A stretch of DNA of 64,000 nucleotides, from contig OZ024740.1 of the NCBI GenBank assembly GCA_964016885.1, forward strand, positions 138,880,001 to 138,944,000, given 5' to 3'. Positions 58,250 through 64,000 of the stretch are shown piece after piece (position 1 is the first letter of the stretch; the number at the start of each line of letters is the position of its first letter). Made by a program: the position numbers and the translations under genes. This DNA comes from Eledone cirrhosa. Its lineage: Eukaryota. The notes under the pieces are model-generated. The model saw only the letters and a program-made list of their open reading frames with translations. It had not been told where the DNA came from and ran no database searches.

Positions 58250-60465
58250 ATCATTTCTGGCTCTGGTCGTTATCAAGACAGTGCTCCCTTACCCTGATCT
58301 CTGCTGGAACTCAATATAGGCGAAAACATATAGTTTTGACACCTATATACATGGGCTGATTAGCCCCATTTTTCATATAGAGCTAAATGACAACGGGCAA
58401 CGACTGCTTTAGCTATGTATACTCCATGGACTATGTGTCATCAACACGTGCTTCAAGGCCGAAGTTCAGCACAAAGTTTCCTGGTGTCATCGTCACTCAG
58501 GGCACTGACACCAGCTAGATCTGTTCCTCACAAAATGTAACCACCTGAGAAGGGTGCTCCTGACTCGATCCTTTCAGAGCGCTGAATGTTACACAGATCA
58601 CTACCTGGTTTGCTACAATCTCAAACTCCAACCAAAAATGATACACTACGCCAAGCCTCCAGGCAAGCAGCGTATCAATGCTACTGCGACCCAACAGTCA
58701 GCCAAAGTAGTTGCATTTTTCAAGTCTCTGGAGGACGCCTTCCTTACAGATCCACCGGAAGAAAATGTTCAGCAGATATGGGACTCTCTCTGTGACACTA
58801 TCCACTGCATTGAAAACCTTCGGGAAGAATTGAAGTATGACACATGACTGGTTTGAGGTGTGTACGAATGATCTAAATCCGACCATGGGAGAGAAGCGCG
58901 CTGCTCTGTTGAAGCACAAGCACCAATCCACCAGGGCAACGCTGCGACCATTGTACTCAGCTAGGAACAACACACAAAAATTGCGAGACGCTGTGCAAAT
59001 GACTACTGGTTACAGCTAAGCGACGGCATCCAGCTGTCATTTGGCACAGATAACATTCGGGGAATATATGAGGGCATCCAGAAAGTCATTGGCCCAACCC
59101 TGAGCAAGATAGCTCCACTCAAATCTAGAACAGGCGAGGTCATTAAAGGCAAAAGAGCAGTTGGAGACGGCATCCTCTCAGAGGTCATCAGGTTTGCAAA
59201 GGGAGAGCTACTTAACCGCTGTTGAAACCACTATGTCAGTGCTGGGAGGAGGGAACAGTTCCGCAAGATAGGAGAGATTGCAACATTGTCGCCCTCTATA
59301 AGAACAAAAGGGACAGAAGCGACTGCAATAGCTACCGAGGCATCTTGCTGCTAAAAATCGTTGGGAAGGTCTTTGCTCGCGTGGTCTTGAATAGACTACA
59401 GGAAATCGCTGAGAGGGTATACCGCGAATCTCAGTGTGGTCAGAACGCTCCACAATTCACACGATCTTCGTCCTTCGACAGCTTCAAGAGAAGTGCCGAG
59501 AGCAAAGGTAACCACTCTACATCTACTTCATCGACCTCACGAAGGCTCTCGACCTAGTTAGTAGAGGCGGCCTGTTCAAAATCCTTGCCAGAATTGGTTG
59601 TCCTCCAAGACTTCTTAAAATAGTCTTGTCGTTTCATACAGATATGAAAAGTGTCGTTTAATTTGATGGCTCTTCCCCGGAGGTATTTAACATATGCAGT
59701 GATGTGAAAAAGGACTGTGTGCTATCCTTCACCCTGTTTGGCCTCTTTTTCGCTGTCATGCAAAAACATGCACATGGAATGCCAACTAATGCTGTCTACC
59801 TCCACACCAGATCAGACGGGAGGCTGTTTAGTCTGTCAAGGCTGAAAGCGAAATCCAAGGTACGTCAGGTACTCATCAGAGGGATACTGTTTGCGGATAA
59901 CGCAGCATTGGCAGCGAATTCTGAGGAGCAAATGCAGCACCTCATGAACAAACTCTCAAGAGCCTGCCAGGAATTCTGAAGAAAACCAAAGTACTGGGCC
60001 AACAGGTCATGTACACTCCTACCATCAACATCAACAACGAAGAGTTGGCGGTAGTCCACGAATTCATCTACCGCGGCTCTACGATCACTGAAAACCTCTC
60101 CCTGGACCTTGAAATCAGCAGAAGATTAGGACGAACAATCCCCATATTTGCAGGGAGACGCAGAGAGTCTAGGAGAACAGAAAACTACAAACACCAAAAT
60201 TGCTATCTACAAGGCGTGTGTCCTCAGCACACCAGTTTACGGCAGCGTGACATGGGGCCTCTACTCCAGACGTCTCAATGTCTTCCATCTTCATAGCCTG
60301 AGATGCATTTTGGATATCATGTGTATCCACCAGGCCACCAACACTGAAGTCCTCAAACGTACCAAGATACCAAGCATATAAAAACTGCTCAGTCAACACC
60401 GTCTGTGCTGTCTCAGTCACGTACATCGAATGTCGGACGATCCCAAATGACCTACTGTATGACAA
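58250..60465 (+). mobile_element. RTE-clade LINE, decayed
   Basis: APE fragment (NDNGQRLL..CVINT..HKVSW..TDHYLV); RT fragments (LYKNKRDRSDCNSYRGI, FIDLTKA.D, LFADNAAL). Confidence 0.85.
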
Positions 60466-61790
60466 AATTCTCCAGGCACAGATCCATTGAATGTAAGAAT
60501 CTGCTGAACTCCAACCAGCACGTGTTCCCTGGTGGCAGGGACTGACTGACGCATCTTCTGCATCATTTTGACGACAACCTAGAAACTTTGGGAAATGGCA
60601 CCAACACGGATGTTATTTACCATGATTTCAACAAGGCTTTTGACCAGGTCAATCACAATATCCTGTTGAAGAAATTACACAATTGGAGTCTGTGGAAAGG
60701 TACTACTGTGGATTAAATGTTTCCTGACAAACAAATCCCAGCATGTTGTGGTCGAAGGAATACGATCAAATTCACCCAAAGCCAGTAGCGGCATCCCACA
60801 AGGTATTGTGTTGAGCCCATTTCTTTTCAATATCTACATAAATGACATTATAGACGTCATCAAGCATAGCAAGACAAGAATTTTCGCAGATGATTCCAAA
60901 CTCCAGAAGGTCACCAATGACGTGGGAGACCGAATATACCTTCAATCGGATCTGCTCGCTGTTATCCAATGGGCGACAAAAAATATGCTACTAAATGAGG
61001 ATAAATTTGAATTAATTCACTTCGGAAAAGTGGATGGACTTAAGTTACCATATTCTTTTCCTTCAGCTGAAACTTTTGTGGCATCAAACAACCCCAGAAA
61101 CCTTGAAATTATTGTTGATAACAACTTAAGCTTGAGTAATCACATAAACACCAAAGTAGACTTGGCCTGCAGGATGTGTTCCTGGATTCGCAGAAATTTC
61201 CGTTCTAAAGAAATTCACACCATCTCCTACTCTTCTCAACCTTTTCCTGACCCACCTTAAATACTGTTGTCCACAGTGGTCTCCTCACACGAAACAAAGT
61301 ATTATGAAAATTGAAACCAACTGGAAGTCAATTACAAAGACAAGATAGATGTTATGACAGACCTTCACTATTGGGGTCGACAAGAAAACCTCAAACTCTA
61401 CCCTTTCCAATGCCACCCTGAGCGATACATCATGTGTATGATATGGAAAATATTCCATCAATATTGCCCGAATGATGTTGGCATCACCTTTAAAGTCCAC
61501 CCAAAGCTTTGTTCCCGTGCTAGCCTCCCACTACAAAATCAAACTCGCTTCTTATAGCAACAATACCCCACAACTACTTCACTTCAATGACTACGCTCTT
61601 TAATATCATACCGAAATACAACAAAACAAAAACAGATCCCATAATACAGTATTTCAAAGCTTCCTGGAGTAATTCCTCCAAGAAATCCTGGATAAACCCC
61701 TTACATCTGGATATGTCTCTGATAAGAACTCTAGTTAGAGTGGTCAGGGTGTCAAGAACATAACTAGTTTGTGAACACATAATCTGAAAG
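60466..61790 (+). mobile_element. CR1/L2-group LINE RT, decayed
   Basis: NQH.F, DVIY.DFNKAFD.V.H, SGIPQGIVLSPFLFNIYINDI, IFADDSKL, LQSDL. Confidence 0.82.
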
Positions 61791-61926
61791 AATTCTCTCG
61801 GTGATGTGTGTGTGTGAGAGAGTCCCGTGTTTTCCTGATGATTTCTTTCGAATGAAATAGTTCTAGTCCCGTAGAAACCATATATATATTAAATTTGATG
61901 GATGTTTGTGTGTGTGTGTGTGTGCA

Positions 61927-61977
61927 TCTTCTCTGATGATCCTGCGATTGCGTAGGTGAAACTACAGAGTAACAAGA
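61927..61977 (+). ncRNA. minimal hammerhead ribozyme, intact core
   Basis: TCTTCT CTGATGA t CCTGCG attg CGTAGG t GAAA CTACAGAG TA ACAAGA; stem I pairs at 5 of 6 positions. Confidence 0.75.
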
Positions 61978-61993
61978 GTAACAAGGCTACAAA

Positions 61994-62038
<45 letters not shown>

Positions 62039-62135
62039 TCAGTTATTTAATTTGTTGATTATTCAACAAAGTTAATTTATAACAGCTTAGAAGCACTCGA
62101 CACGTTTCTTCTGGAGTATAATATCAATAATATTA

Positions 62136-62197
62136 ATAAATGGAAACTATCTTTATAAAACCATATTTATGGTTTTATAAAGATAGTTTCCATTTAT
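62136..62197. repeat. perfect hairpin, 30-bp arms and 2-nt loop
   Basis: 62136-62165/62168-62197; the arm matches 18314-18345. Confidence 0.9.
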
Positions 62198-62407
62198 AAA
62201 GAGTTTCCATATATATATAGGAGGGGGTGCTTATGAATGTATGTCTGTGAGTGTCTATGTCTGAATGTATGTATAAAATATGTTTCTGCAAGTAGTTATT
62301 TAGGTATCTACATGAAAGTAATCTGAACAATTTTCCTTCCATGTTGACACTCTATCATGTTCTTCTCCTGTACATCATTAGATGTTATATAATAGCAGCG
62401 TATGGTA

Positions 62408-62418
62408 CCACCACCACC

Positions 62419-62502
<84 letters not shown>

Positions 62503-62555
62503 GTGTGTATGTGTGTGTGTGTATATATATATATGTGTGTGTATGTATATATATT

Positions 62556-62587
<32 letters not shown>

Positions 62588-62911
62588 CACAGATATGTGT
62601 GTGTGTGTGTATATATATATATGTGTGTGTGTGTGTATGTGTGTGGGTTTGTGTATGTGTATGTGTTTGTGTATCATTCGTTTTCACCCTGCCCTCATCT
62701 ATCTACATTTTGAGCGTCTCACCACATTCCCCAAACGATACTAATGGAGTTACCATATTCTCAGCGAACCGTCTCTCATTGCAATGTCAACGCAGAATTC
62801 CTTACCCAAAGCCGTCAGCAAAGGAAGAAAATTGGATAAAACCTCTTTCTCTTGTATCTAATTATTATGGTGGTGGATTGGCAGTATCGGTACTACTACT
62901 ACCACCACCAT

Positions 62912-62952
<41 letters not shown>

Positions 62953-62953
62953 T

Positions 62954-62985
<32 letters not shown>

Positions 62986-63028
62986 TTACTACTACTACTA
63001 CTACTACTACTAGTACCACCACCATCAC

Positions 63029-63063
<35 letters not shown>

Positions 63064-63064
63064 T

Positions 63065-63116
<52 letters not shown>

Positions 63117-63163
63117 GCTACTACTACTATTACTACTACTACTACTACTACTAGTACCACCAT

Positions 63164-63241
<78 letters not shown>

Positions 63242-63316
63242 CACCATCACAACTACTACTACTACTAGTACCACCACCATCACCACCACCATCACTACTA
63301 CTACCACCACCACCAT

Positions 63317-63360
<44 letters not shown>

Positions 63361-63715
63361 TAGCTTTGACGCATTGAGTTACGGCCCTTGCCATTCTGAG
63401 TTCAAATCCCGCCGAGGCTGAATTTGCCTTTCATCCTTACGGGGTCGATAAAATAAAGTACCAGTAATGCACTGGGAGAATTGCTGGCCTTGTGCCAAAA
63501 GTAGAAATAATTCTTATTACCTTCAAGGCTAGTTTACATGGTGGTAGAAGGTGGGATGGCGGTGGGGAGAGATCTAATGAGCTTTACAGTCGTAATCATC
63601 ATCATCATTAACACCATTATCATCGTCATCATCGTCTCCACCGCCACCCTCACTATCACTGTCATCATCATCATCACAACCATCATCCTGAGCACCTTTC
63701 TAGGTTATCAGATTT

Positions 63716-63756
<41 letters not shown>

Positions 63757-64000
63757 CACTACTACCACCACCACTACTACCACAACTACTACCACCACAA
63801 CTACTACCACCACAACTTCTACCACGACAACTACTACCACCACAACTTCTACCACCACGACTACCACCACGACTACTACCACCACTACTACCACCACTAC
63901 TACCACCACCACTACTACCACCACCACTACTACCATCACCACCACCACCACTACTACCACCACCACTACTACTACCACTACTACCACCACCACTACCACC
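62408..64000. repeat. (CTA/CCA/CAT)n triplet arrays with an embedded SINE B (63362-63512)
   Basis: Directly visible. Confidence 0.9.

Overview
AT-rich, microsatellite-saturated animal genomic DNA. The repeat style suggests a coleoid cephalopod such as octopus (inference, not searched). I can support one host coding exon: the first coding exon of a claudin/PMP22-like tetraspan gene on the minus strand (11404-11188). The rest is transposon debris: hAT and hATm DNA transposons, tandem non-autonomous Helitrons, four Penelope-like (PLE) retroelement remnants, Tx1/L1-, Dong/R4-, RTE- and CR1-type LINEs, and tRNA-derived SINEs. Most ORFs in the supplied track are translated microsatellites. The main hidden signal is at least 11 minimal type-I hammerhead ribozyme motifs (CUGANGA-stem II-GAAA-short palindromic stem III-UH), 7 with intact cores, from several unrelated sequence families. 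They sit in PLE terminal repeats or in short ORF-less elements next to (TA)n, often with fold-back inverted repeats. Helitrons have also captured PLE terminal sequence. All structures were folded by eye and no searches were run.
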